Part shown: positions 9,769 through 18,354 of the stretch, piece by piece | Position numbering within the stretch: the first letter of the stretch is position 1 | Layout of the letters: each line of letters opens with the position of its first letter | Source: a bacterium | GTDB taxonomy: Bacteria > SAR324 > XYD2-FULL-50-16 | Length of the DNA stretch: 64,000 bases | Direction: 5' to 3' | Assembly: GCA_032250835.1 (NCBI GenBank) | Contig: JAVVEA010000001.1 | Span: 1-64,000 of the forward strand | Made by a program: the position numbers and the translations under genes | Notes under the pieces: generated by a model | What the model saw: only the letters and a program-made list of their open reading frames with translations | What the model was told of the DNA's origin: nothing | Database searches by the model: none

Positions 9769-10889
9769 TTGACGAAGCCGGTAAACTCTGGTTGGGCCTG
9801 TGGTTGGTGCCCGGTGTGGGGCCGCGCAAGATCGCGACATTGATGGAACATATTGGCGGGATCGAGCAAATCTATCGGGCCGGTACGGCGGCGCTCTGTG
9901 CCGCCGGGCTCAATGACCTACAGGCTCGAGCCGTCCAGCAGGCGCCGGAGTCCCAAGAATTGGCCGACGAAGTGGCCCGGATCGAAGAAAAGGGCCTGAA
10001 TCTGGTTCATATTGAGCAAGCCGAATATCCCCAACTGCTGCGCCATCTTTCGGACGCCCCGCCGGTGCTTTACCTTAAAGGGAACCATGATTTCAATCAG
10101 GGCTTGCACCTGGGCTTTGTGGGCAGCCGCAAGGCGAGCCACCAAGGAAAGGACTATACCGCCAAGTTGATCGCCCGGCTGGCCCAATTGGTGCCGGACC
10201 TAACGGTGGTCAGTGGCTTGGCTTTGGGGATCGACGCGGCCGCCCACCGGGCGGCTTTGGATCATGGCCTAAAGACCCTAGGCGTCTTGGGCCACGGCCT
10301 CGGCTGGCTCTATCCACCCCAAAACCGTGAGCTCGCCGAAGAGATGTGCCAGCAAGGGGCCCTGGTGACCGAATTTCCGGTCTCTACCCGCTCGCAAGCC
10401 GCTCACTTCCCTTTGCGCAACCGCATCGTGGCGGGTATCTGCCGGGGGATTTTGGTGGTCGAGGCAGGGGAGCGCTCCGGTGCCAGCATCACCGCCAATC
10501 TGGCCTTGGAACAGGGGCGCGACGTTTGGGCCCTGCCGGGGCCGCCGGACAGTCCCTTTTGCCGGGGGAGTAACCGGATGATCCAACAGGGGCGGGCCCG
10601 CTTGGTGATGGATGCCGAAGACATGCTGGAAGAAATCTTGCCCCAAGTGGCCGCCGAGGCCGCAGCCAAATCGCCTCGGGCCGCTGTGGCGCCTTCGGCG
10701 GACCCCAGCCTGGAGCCTGATGAAGCCGCTTTATTGGAGGTGCTGAGCGCCGGGCCCTTGCAGCAAGACCAATTGGCCTCAAAACTCGACCTAAATACCC
10801 CTAAACTCCTGGGGTTGCTTACGGCGATGGAGATGAAAGGGCTGGTGGCGGTGCGTACCGGTGGGTTGGTTGAGGCCGCTCTTCGCTAG
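9765..10889 (+). CDS. dprA: DNA processing protein DprA
   Basis: VGSR, VSGLALGIDAAAH, FPLRNRIVAG, VVEAGERSG motifs and a C-terminal winged helix. Confidence 0.95.
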   Translation: MIDEAGKLWLGLWLVPGVGPRKIATLMEHIGGIEQIYRAGTAALCAAGLNDLQARAVQQAPESQELADEVARIEEKGLNLVHIEQAEYPQLLRHLSDAPPVLYLKGNHDFNQGLHLGFVGSRKASHQGKDYTAKLIARLAQLVPDLTVVSGLALGIDAAAHRAALDHGLKTLGVLGHGLGWLYPPQNRELAEEMCQQGALVTEFPVSTRSQAAHFPLRNRIVAGICRGILVVEAGERSGASITANLALEQGRDVWALPGPPDSPFCRGSNRMIQQGRARLVMDAEDMLEEILPQVAAEAAAKSPRAAVAPSADPSLEPDEAALLEVLSAGPLQQDQLASKLDLNTPKLLGLLTAMEMKGLVAVRTGGLVEAALR

Positions 10890-10955
10890 AAGTCGCTAGC
10901 CGAATCCCACCGGGCCTGATAGACCAAAAGAAAGCTTTTCCACAGTATCTACCCC

Positions 10956-12305
10956 ATGAACAGTCACTTTGAACTAGACCTTTCGAAGATCGAGGATCTG
11001 CTCGAAGACGAGAAGATCGACCGCGTCCAAGAGCTGCTTTATGGGCGGCATCCTGGTGACATTGCCTATCTGGCGAACCACCTCTCGCCAGTCTACCGGC
11101 ATATGCTGTTGCCCTTAATCAAGGGCATGCCTGAGTTGGCCGAGATTGTCTACCGGTTGGATGCGGAGTTGGTCAAAGAACTGATCGGGGCCATGCAAGC
11201 GCCCCAGGTAGGACGGCTGTTTAACGATTTAGACAGCGACGACGCGGTCCGCGTCTTGAGCCACCTGCCCGATGAATTGACCGAATGGGTGCTGCTACAG
11301 ATGCCCAAGAAGGACAGCCAAGAGCTGGACCTCTTGATGCAGTACGAAGACGAGCAGGCAGGGCGCATTATGTCCACCAGCTACTTTAGCATCCATGAAG
11401 ACGCCACCGTTTTCGAAACCTTCGCCGCCCTGCGCCAGTCCGTCGAAGCCGAACTGATTTACAATATTTACGTAATCGACGACCGCCGCCATCTGGTCGG
11501 CGTCTTCAGCCTACGCGAACTCTTGACCCAGCCTAACCACCTACAGGTCAAAGAATTCATGAACGAGCAGGTGATCAGCGTTTTAGACGAAATGGACCGC
11601 GAAGAGGTGGCTAATAAGGTAGAGCGCTTTAGCTTAGCGGCGGTGCCCGTAGTTAACGACCACCGGCAATTGGTCGGCATCATCACTGTAGATGACGTGA
11701 TCCAGGTGATCCGCACGGAGACCACCGAAGACATCATGAAGCTTGCCGGTACCACCGACGCTGAATATAGCCTACCTTCGGCTTTCCGGGGTTTCTTGCG
11801 GCGTATGCCTTGGTTGTTGGTCTCTTTCTTCGGCGGGATGCTGACGATCCAAACCAATTTGTTTTTCGCCAGTAAGCTACCTCATATTGAACTCTTGGCC
11901 TTTGTGACCATCATCGCCGGTATGGGCGGGAACATTGCCAGCCAGTCTTCGACCATCGTGGTGCGCGGTTTGGCGACCGGAAAAATCCTGACCAGTGAGT
12001 TGTGGGAAGTTTTAACCCGCGAGACCCTGACGGGGCTTTTGCTGGGCCTTTTCTTCGGGTTGGCCCTGGGTGTTTTGGCGAGCTTTCAATTCTCCGAACT
12101 GGCGCTGATCGGCCTTAGCGTTTCGGTGGGGATGATCTTTTCTATGTTGGTTGCCGCTGTGGTGGGGGCTTTGATACCCATCTTGTTGGAGCGGCTGAAT
12201 ATTGACCCGGCGGTGGCGACGGGACCTTTCGTCACGACCACCATCGACAACCTAGGGCTATTGGGTTATTTTGCCAGTACCCTATTGATCCTCAATTATG
12301 CTTGA
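10956..12305 (+). CDS. mgtE: Magnesium transporter MgtE
   Basis: N domain, CBS pair, GMGGN and DPAVATGPFVTT motifs. Confidence 0.95.
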   Translation: MNSHFELDLSKIEDLLEDEKIDRVQELLYGRHPGDIAYLANHLSPVYRHMLLPLIKGMPELAEIVYRLDAELVKELIGAMQAPQVGRLFNDLDSDDAVRVLSHLPDELTEWVLLQMPKKDSQELDLLMQYEDEQAGRIMSTSYFSIHEDATVFETFAALRQSVEAELIYNIYVIDDRRHLVGVFSLRELLTQPNHLQVKEFMNEQVISVLDEMDREEVANKVERFSLAAVPVVNDHRQLVGIITVDDVIQVIRTETTEDIMKLAGTTDAEYSLPSAFRGFLRRMPWLLVSFFGGMLTIQTNLFFASKLPHIELLAFVTIIAGMGGNIASQSSTIVVRGLATGKILTSELWEVLTRETLTGLLLGLFFGLALGVLASFQFSELALIGLSVSVGMIFSMLVAAVVGALIPILLERLNIDPAVATGPFVTTTIDNLGLLGYFASTLLILNYA

Positions 12306-12311
12306 GCGGAC

Positions 12312-13901
12312 ATGAAAAAAATCCTGATAACCGGTAAACTCCACCAAGTTGCCTTCGACAACTTTGCCAAACACCCAGACCTACAGCTAGACTACAGGCC
12401 CGATATGGACCGCGCGGAATTGCTGTCTATCCTAGAGGCCTACGACTGCCATATCTCACGCAGCGAAACGGACGTAGACCGCGAATTCATTGACCACGCC
12501 AAGAACCTGAGCGTGATCGCCCGTGCCGCAGTGGGTATCGGTAACATTGACGTAGACTATGCCACCGAAAAGGGCATCTTGGTCTTCAACACCCCGGCGA
12601 AAAACACTAACTCTGCCGCTGAGTTAACCTTGATGTTGATGCTCGCCGCCATGCGCAACTTAATTAAAGCGCATAAGTCGATGGAAGCCAACAAATGGGA
12701 CCGCCATACCTTTACGGGTACCGAATTGTTAGGCAAGACCGTGGGCATTATCGGCTTGGGCAACGTAGGCCACCGGGTGGCGCGTTTCTGCAACGCCTTT
12801 GACTGCCAGGTCTTGGCTTATGACCCCTACGTCAGCCGCGAATACTGCGAAGGCCACAACACGACCCAGGTGGAATTGTCCGAGTTGATCCAAAAATCGG
12901 ACATCATCACCATCCACACGCCCAAAAACAAAGAGACCATCAACATGCTGGGAGATTCGGAAATCGCCCAGATGAAAGACGGCGTGATGTTGATCAACGC
13001 CGCCAGGGGCGGCCTCTTCAACGAAGACGCTATGTACCGGGGCCTAAAAAGCGGCAAGGTCGGCGCGGTGGGTTTAGACACTTGGGACGTGGAACCGGTG
13101 GTTCAGCATCCCTTAAAGGATTTTGAGCAGGTGGTGATGACCCCCCACATCGGGGCCAGCACGCATGAGGCCCAGTTCCGGATTGGAGACACGGTGAGCC
13201 GCGAAACCATTAAAGCCCTTAAAGGTGAGATCGTCAGCACCCCGGTCAACCTGCCGGAGATGCAGGCCTTCCATGGAGCCCAGGCTCCCGCTTACTCTAG
13301 CTTAGCTGCCAAGTTAGGTAGCTTCACCCGCCAGCACATGGGCCTTGGCTTTAACCCCAAACGGGTGGAGTTCTGCTATCGTGGCGACCTAGAGCCCGGT
13401 GATTGGACCCTGATTAAGCTCAGCTACCTCAAGGAATTATTGCAGGGCACCATGGAGACCACGGTCTCTTATGTCAACGTGCTGCAAATCGCTGAGGACC
13501 GGGGTTTAAAGATCGAAGAAAAAGCCGACAAGGCCTTCTCGGACTATGAATCAGCCATCCGCATCAACCTAATTGGTGAAGAAAAAAGCGTCAGTATCGG
13601 CGGTACCGTTTTCGGTGGACAGCGCCAACGCCTTTCTTACGTAAACGGCTTTGTCTTCGAAGTGGAACCCGCCGGGCGCATCTTGGTCTTGGAAAACAAA
13701 GACCAACCGGGCGTGATCGGCCATGTCGGTACCGTGCTGGCCAAGAACGGCATCAACATCCAACAGTTCGAACTGAGCCGCAACAAGAAGGGCGGCGAGG
13801 CCATGGCTTTGGTGTTGGTGGACGAACCGATCAGCGAGTCTACCTTATTAGAACTCAACCAACATGACGCCATCTTGCGTCTGAAGGTCATTGAGGTCTA
13901 G
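12312..13901 (+). CDS. serA: D-3-phosphoglycerate dehydrogenase
   Basis: GLGNVG NAD-binding, INAARGG, TPHIGAST, ASB and C-terminal ACT (DQPGVIG) domains. Confidence 0.95.
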   Translation: MKKILITGKLHQVAFDNFAKHPDLQLDYRPDMDRAELLSILEAYDCHISRSETDVDREFIDHAKNLSVIARAAVGIGNIDVDYATEKGILVFNTPAKNTNSAAELTLMLMLAAMRNLIKAHKSMEANKWDRHTFTGTELLGKTVGIIGLGNVGHRVARFCNAFDCQVLAYDPYVSREYCEGHNTTQVELSELIQKSDIITIHTPKNKETINMLGDSEIAQMKDGVMLINAARGGLFNEDAMYRGLKSGKVGAVGLDTWDVEPVVQHPLKDFEQVVMTPHIGASTHEAQFRIGDTVSRETIKALKGEIVSTPVNLPEMQAFHGAQAPAYSSLAAKLGSFTRQHMGLGFNPKRVEFCYRGDLEPGDWTLIKLSYLKELLQGTMETTVSYVNVLQIAEDRGLKIEEKADKAFSDYESAIRINLIGEEKSVSIGGTVFGGQRQRLSYVNGFVFEVEPAGRILVLENKDQPGVIGHVGTVLAKNGINIQQFELSRNKKGGEAMALVLVDEPISESTLLELNQHDAILRLKVIEV

Positions 13902-13910
13902 TTAAGTTCC

Positions 13911-13935
13911 AGGGCGCTGGCTTTGGCAGCGCCCT
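13911..13935 (+). terminator. Stem-loop after serA (probable terminator)
   Basis: AGGGCGCTG-N7-CAGCGCCCT 9-bp stem just after the stop codon; weak U-tract. Confidence 0.55.
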
Positions 13936-14112
13936 ATTCCCCGCCTGGTGTTTACTTCGCACCCCCAGATTAACAGGTTCCATCTGGACAGGTCATTTGG
14001 GGATATCTGTATTGGCGTTCAAAGACTTTGCTGTGCAGTCGGTATGGTGGATGTTTTGTCCGGTGGTAACAGGTTGCGCACCTAGGTCGTAATTTTATAA
14101 TATCTTAATTTA

Positions 14113-17100
14113 ATGAAGCATTACCTGTTATTTTGGTTTTCTTTGGGTTGGGCCTTTTTGATCTTACTGGGCCTGCACTTTAATGAAGATCGTATACGAT
14201 GGGAGCTATCTAAACAGAATTTGTCAGCCATTCAACCCTCGGTCAACCCGACCAAACCGGATCTTCACTTCCCGCTCTTCTCCAATCTACAAACTCAAGA
14301 CAACCAAGACCAAGGTGTCCATAGTCTGTCCTTTAGCGATCACCGCTGGATTGATGGAGTTGCCTTTTTAAAGCGTTCAGGAAAATCGTTTAATCTCCCT
14401 TGGCCTCATAAGGATACGGACAACCTTCAGTTGGGTGAATCGTTAGTTTTTTCTGTAGCACCTGATTTTGTAGGACAGGGTACTTTAAATATTCTTGAAG
14501 CCAGTTCAAAAAGTGGTTCTAAATTAGAGGTTTTTGCTGATTCTGGAGGGGCCACTTATTGGCTAAAAATACAGGGAACTACTTATTTTTTGCCCCTCCA
14601 GCCTTCTTTAGGTCGGGCTATGAACGTAGCCATCGTTCTCGATTACGCCAAAAGCCAACTTAGAATCTATCAAGATGCTCATTTAATGAGCACCGAGACG
14701 GTTTCAGTGGCTAAAAAAACCTATGATTCTATTCGATTGCCGCCAAATCAGGGTAATAGCCAAATCGCAATCGCAGATATAATGATTTTTGAGCGTGCCC
14801 TTAAGGGGCCGGAAGTGGAGTCCCTGGACGAATGGCAACGAAGTAAAAGTATCTCGTTTAACCGTTGGTTTCTGGTGGCCAAAGGGGTGTTAATCTTACT
14901 CTGGTTATATTTATTCATCAGCAGATTAGGTTTCAGTAGTTTTTGGCAGTGGGGTCAAGCCATAGGGTCTAAAAGAATTGCGATCGATTTGATGCTGTTG
15001 TCCGTCTTTCTTTCTACTTGGATTTGGCCAGTCCCCTGGGCCTTAGTTGTAAACAAATCAGAACCTGATTTACCCCAAACCCAGAAGGAAAGGTTGGTCT
15101 TTTTTTTGGGACTAACCAAACCCTGGCTTAAGGGGGATACAGCCCTGGAACAGGACTGGCCACAGCTAGAGAAACAACTGACTTACCAGGGTGGCGGCCT
15201 GAAATTGTCGGTTCCTAAAACTCTCGACGAAAACTTGGTCTTGCCTGTTCCCTCGAAACTAACCCGGCAAAGTCGAGGGGCTGAAACTTATGCTATGCTG
15301 CTCTGGGTCGAGAATAAGCCAATCGCCGAAGCATTTGCGGGAGTTTGGCGTATCATTGGCGAAGGAAAGCGGCGTCTAGGGGTATTTATAGATGCTAAAC
15401 AAACCAGTCCTCACATCAACGGGCCAAATGGCGGTTATAGTTTTAAGAGTGTTGTTGAACTGAATCCAGGTAGGACACAATCTTTGATTGTGGTGCATTC
15501 GGTGGAACAAGGATTTATTGATATCTACCTGGACGCCCGTTTATTTAAGCATGTTGAATTCGATAAGGGAGAAGCTCTTGGAAAAGCAACCCATCAGCTA
15601 ATCGGTCACGATCTGTCTAATCACCATGATGCTGAAATTGCTTTAAGCCAGTTAGCGGTGTGGGAAGGTACTTTTTCTGCTAAAGAAATACGTGCTTTAC
15701 ACCATGAACTGCTAGGCAATGAACAGAGCTTTTTACCCCTGTTGCGGTGGCTGTTGTTTGTCGTTGTTTTACTTCACCTAGGGAGCACTCCGCTGGTTAG
15801 AAGGAGTGCCGGAAAGCTTGCTAGCCTTTTGGTTAAGTATTCCTTTTTGAGCTTTAACTGGCTCTTGGAAAGCGCGGCTGGGCCAAAGGAGACAGAAGAA
15901 TCTAAGGTTCTGTCAATTCGATCATATGCTTGGCTTATTCCGATTAACTTGTTGATTGCATTGATTCTGTTCACTCAGATCAGCCCGATCCGACCCATCC
16001 CGGGCGACGAGGTGTATTTTTCTCAGCAAATTGAGACTGTCGCCAAATGCCTACAGCATGACTTTCCCTGTTTCCCAACAACGAACATAGCTTCAGAGTA
16101 CAGCAAGCCATTTTTTATCTGGGCTGCCTCTTTGGTGCACTATTTTATTGGCGTTAAATATCAACTAAATGCACTTGAATCATTGGTTTTATTTGGTTTT
16201 ATAAGCATGGCTTTGGGGGCGGCAGTCTTACAACGCCACCTGAACATATTCTGCAAGTCAGAACGTTGGGGTGTTTTAGCTGGACTAGTCCTCTATTGGA
16301 CGAGCATTTCCGTTTGGAGCGCTCAAATCTGGTGGGGATATAGTCATTTCATTGGACTCTTGGTCATACTTAGTATCGATTTTGCCCTACGTTGGTTGTT
16401 GAGTGAACAGAGAGCCCAACCAAAAAGTAGATCATTGGTCTATCGACGCTTTGGATACCTTGTTTCGCTAAGTAGTTTAGCCGTGTTAAGTTTTTATTCT
16501 CATTTATCTGCGGTCCCGTTTATTCTGGTTATATTCGGGTTGGTCGGTCTATTTATGTCGGCGAATAGTTGGCAGAAGTCGATTTCGGACTCGACATTTA
16601 AAGGCTTCGTTTTAGGAATGCGTGGGCTTTTGTGGGGCCCTGGGCTGCTCCTGATGACGGGTTTTGGGATCGCGGTTCTGGCTTGGGTCCTTCCTTCGGG
16701 TGAGGGCTATCTGCAAGCTTACCAAACTAATATGCTAAAAAATACTGACGCTACTATTTGGGGGCGAACCCATGTTCCTTTTTGGTTTTACCTGACCTTA
16801 CCGCTTTATTACCTCTGGACTGAATGGGCTACCATGCTGGTAGCGATTATTTCGGTTATTGGGTGGCTGGTCTGGAGGCCCTTGAAACCGAGAACAAGTT
16901 GGGTAGACCGTGGTCTACCTTTATTTTACGGCTCCTTTTTTCTGATTTCTTTGGTGGGCCTCTCTTTGGCTCCTTCGACTAAATTGCTTAGAAATGTCTA
17001 CCCTATACATTTTGGACTTTTATTCCTGACTGGCGCTGCGCTGATTAGCGTAGGGAGCTGGACCCGGTCAAAACAGCCCAAATTACAGCGGGCAACCCTA

Positions 17101-17637
17101 TCCCTTCTGGGCTTGCTTGTGTTAGCTGGGTGGGCTCATTTTTATGTGGCAATCCAGTGTAGTCTTGACATGCGATTGGGGTTGTATCGTTTTTTAGACG
17201 AAAAGTTCTATCATACCACCAGAGGAACCGATGCCCAGCTTTATACGGATGCGAGTGCCGTTTGGAAGAAGAACCTTCCTTCATGGAAGGATTACTTTTA
17301 CACAACGGTAGGTAAAGAGAGAACCGAAGCACTTGATAGTTACCAGGCCGTGAGAGGGGAGATTAAAAACGGCGACTATTTCCTTACGCAAATCCCGCAC
17401 CTGTTAAGCGAAGACGTGCATTGGCGTCTAGCAGGGATTAAGGAAATAGACGGTTGCCAGTATTCGGTGTCAGACTTTTTTGCACAAGAGTATACTTCTA
17501 TAATATTTCTAATGAGGCATTTTGCCCTTTGTCCGACTTTGGTGGAGTTACAGATGCTAGCTTATTGGACTCCTCCAGAAGCTGCTAAGTTATATCTGTA
17601 TTACTGGGATTCAGATGCGGTACAAATTGAACCATAA
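14113..17637 (+). CDS. Large polytopic membrane protein: two LamG/ConA-like domains plus a GT-C (ArnT/PMT-like) glycosyltransferase-like domain
   Basis: IADIMIFERALKGPEV and LSQLAVWEGTFSAKEIRALH resemble LamG C-terminal motifs; GDEVYF loop and SKPFFIW followed by many TM helices; AT-richer than its flanks. Confidence 0.55.
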   Translation: MKHYLLFWFSLGWAFLILLGLHFNEDRIRWELSKQNLSAIQPSVNPTKPDLHFPLFSNLQTQDNQDQGVHSLSFSDHRWIDGVAFLKRSGKSFNLPWPHKDTDNLQLGESLVFSVAPDFVGQGTLNILEASSKSGSKLEVFADSGGATYWLKIQGTTYFLPLQPSLGRAMNVAIVLDYAKSQLRIYQDAHLMSTETVSVAKKTYDSIRLPPNQGNSQIAIADIMIFERALKGPEVESLDEWQRSKSISFNRWFLVAKGVLILLWLYLFISRLGFSSFWQWGQAIGSKRIAIDLMLLSVFLSTWIWPVPWALVVNKSEPDLPQTQKERLVFFLGLTKPWLKGDTALEQDWPQLEKQLTYQGGGLKLSVPKTLDENLVLPVPSKLTRQSRGAETYAMLLWVENKPIAEAFAGVWRIIGEGKRRLGVFIDAKQTSPHINGPNGGYSFKSVVELNPGRTQSLIVVHSVEQGFIDIYLDARLFKHVEFDKGEALGKATHQLIGHDLSNHHDAEIALSQLAVWEGTFSAKEIRALHHELLGNEQSFLPLLRWLLFVVVLLHLGSTPLVRRSAGKLASLLVKYSFLSFNWLLESAAGPKETEESKVLSIRSYAWLIPINLLIALILFTQISPIRPIPGDEVYFSQQIETVAKCLQHDFPCFPTTNIASEYSKPFFIWAASLVHYFIGVKYQLNALESLVLFGFISMALGAAVLQRHLNIFCKSERWGVLAGLVLYWTSISVWSAQIWWGYSHFIGLLVILSIDFALRWLLSEQRAQPKSRSLVYRRFGYLVSLSSLAVLSFYSHLSAVPFILVIFGLVGLFMSANSWQKSISDSTFKGFVLGMRGLLWGPGLLLMTGFGIAVLAWVLPSGEGYLQAYQTNMLKNTDATIWGRTHVPFWFYLTLPLYYLWTEWATMLVAIISVIGWLVWRPLKPRTSWVDRGLPLFYGSFFLISLVGLSLAPSTKLLRNVYPIHFGLLFLTGAALISVGSWTRSKQPKLQRATLSLLGLLVLAGWAHFYVAIQCSLDMRLGLYRFLDEKFYHTTRGTDAQLYTDASAVWKKNLPSWKDYFYTTVGKERTEALDSYQAVRGEIKNGDYFLTQIPHLLSEDVHWRLAGIKEIDGCQYSVSDFFAQEYTSIIFLMRHFALCPTLVELQMLAYWTPPEAAKLYLYYWDSDAVQIEP

Positions 17638-17638
17638 T

Positions 17639-18292
17639 ATGAGCTGCCTAATCCCATACCAAGAAGATAAAAGAGGAAATCGAAAAGGATTAAAACTACT
17701 ATTGAGCCTATTTTGCCTCTGGCTGCTGGCCCCGGTCAGCGCCTGGGCTTTGGGGCCCTTCTATCTGACCGGGACCTTGGGGCATGAGGCAATCCAGGGG
17801 TATCCGGTGGCTGAAGGGAGTTTGTTTTTTGGGGGCTACGGTCTGCGCGGCACTAAGCTGCTGGGCCAAACCGCCTTTACCGACCGCCCCGGCGGCTCGG
17901 CTACGGAGCCCTCCCGTTTCCGCTTAGAAGGCGACCCCCAATTTTTTTCTGTACTCAAGGCCTTAGACCGGCGCGACTACCCGCCCAAACAGGGGCTTCC
18001 TTTTGATTTCATGACTGCCTACTTCGGGCTGGGTTATAGCAACAGCCCCCTGACTTTGACGCAACGTCAGTATGGAATTTCAGGGGGGCAGGTGGTGTTG
18101 AGCGAAAGTACAGAAGAGGTCTCTACCCAACAGTGGATGGGCCAATTCGGGTTTTTGGCCGGTCAGTCCGTGGCCGCCATAGACCTCAAGCTTTTTTATC
18201 TAATCGGCCAGAGCCGACCGGGGCACCTCTTGAACGAGGCCCAGCGTTATTACGCCTGGGGTATGCTGTTCTCGGTGGGCGTCGGTTTTTAA
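17639..18292 (+). CDS. Hypothetical exported protein, probable small outer-membrane beta-barrel
   Basis: Signal peptide ending AWA, amphipathic strands and C-terminal ...FSVGVGF; start uncertain (17615 or 17639). Confidence 0.55.
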   Translation: MSCLIPYQEDKRGNRKGLKLLLSLFCLWLLAPVSAWALGPFYLTGTLGHEAIQGYPVAEGSLFFGGYGLRGTKLLGQTAFTDRPGGSATEPSRFRLEGDPQFFSVLKALDRRDYPPKQGLPFDFMTAYFGLGYSNSPLTLTQRQYGISGGQVVLSESTEEVSTQQWMGQFGFLAGQSVAAIDLKLFYLIGQSRPGHLLNEAQRYYAWGMLFSVGVGF

Positions 18293-18354
18293 GTGGGCCG
18301 TCAAGCTGGTATAAAACTTGGATAGAAGCCCCTTGGCAAAGCTAGGAGGGTAGG

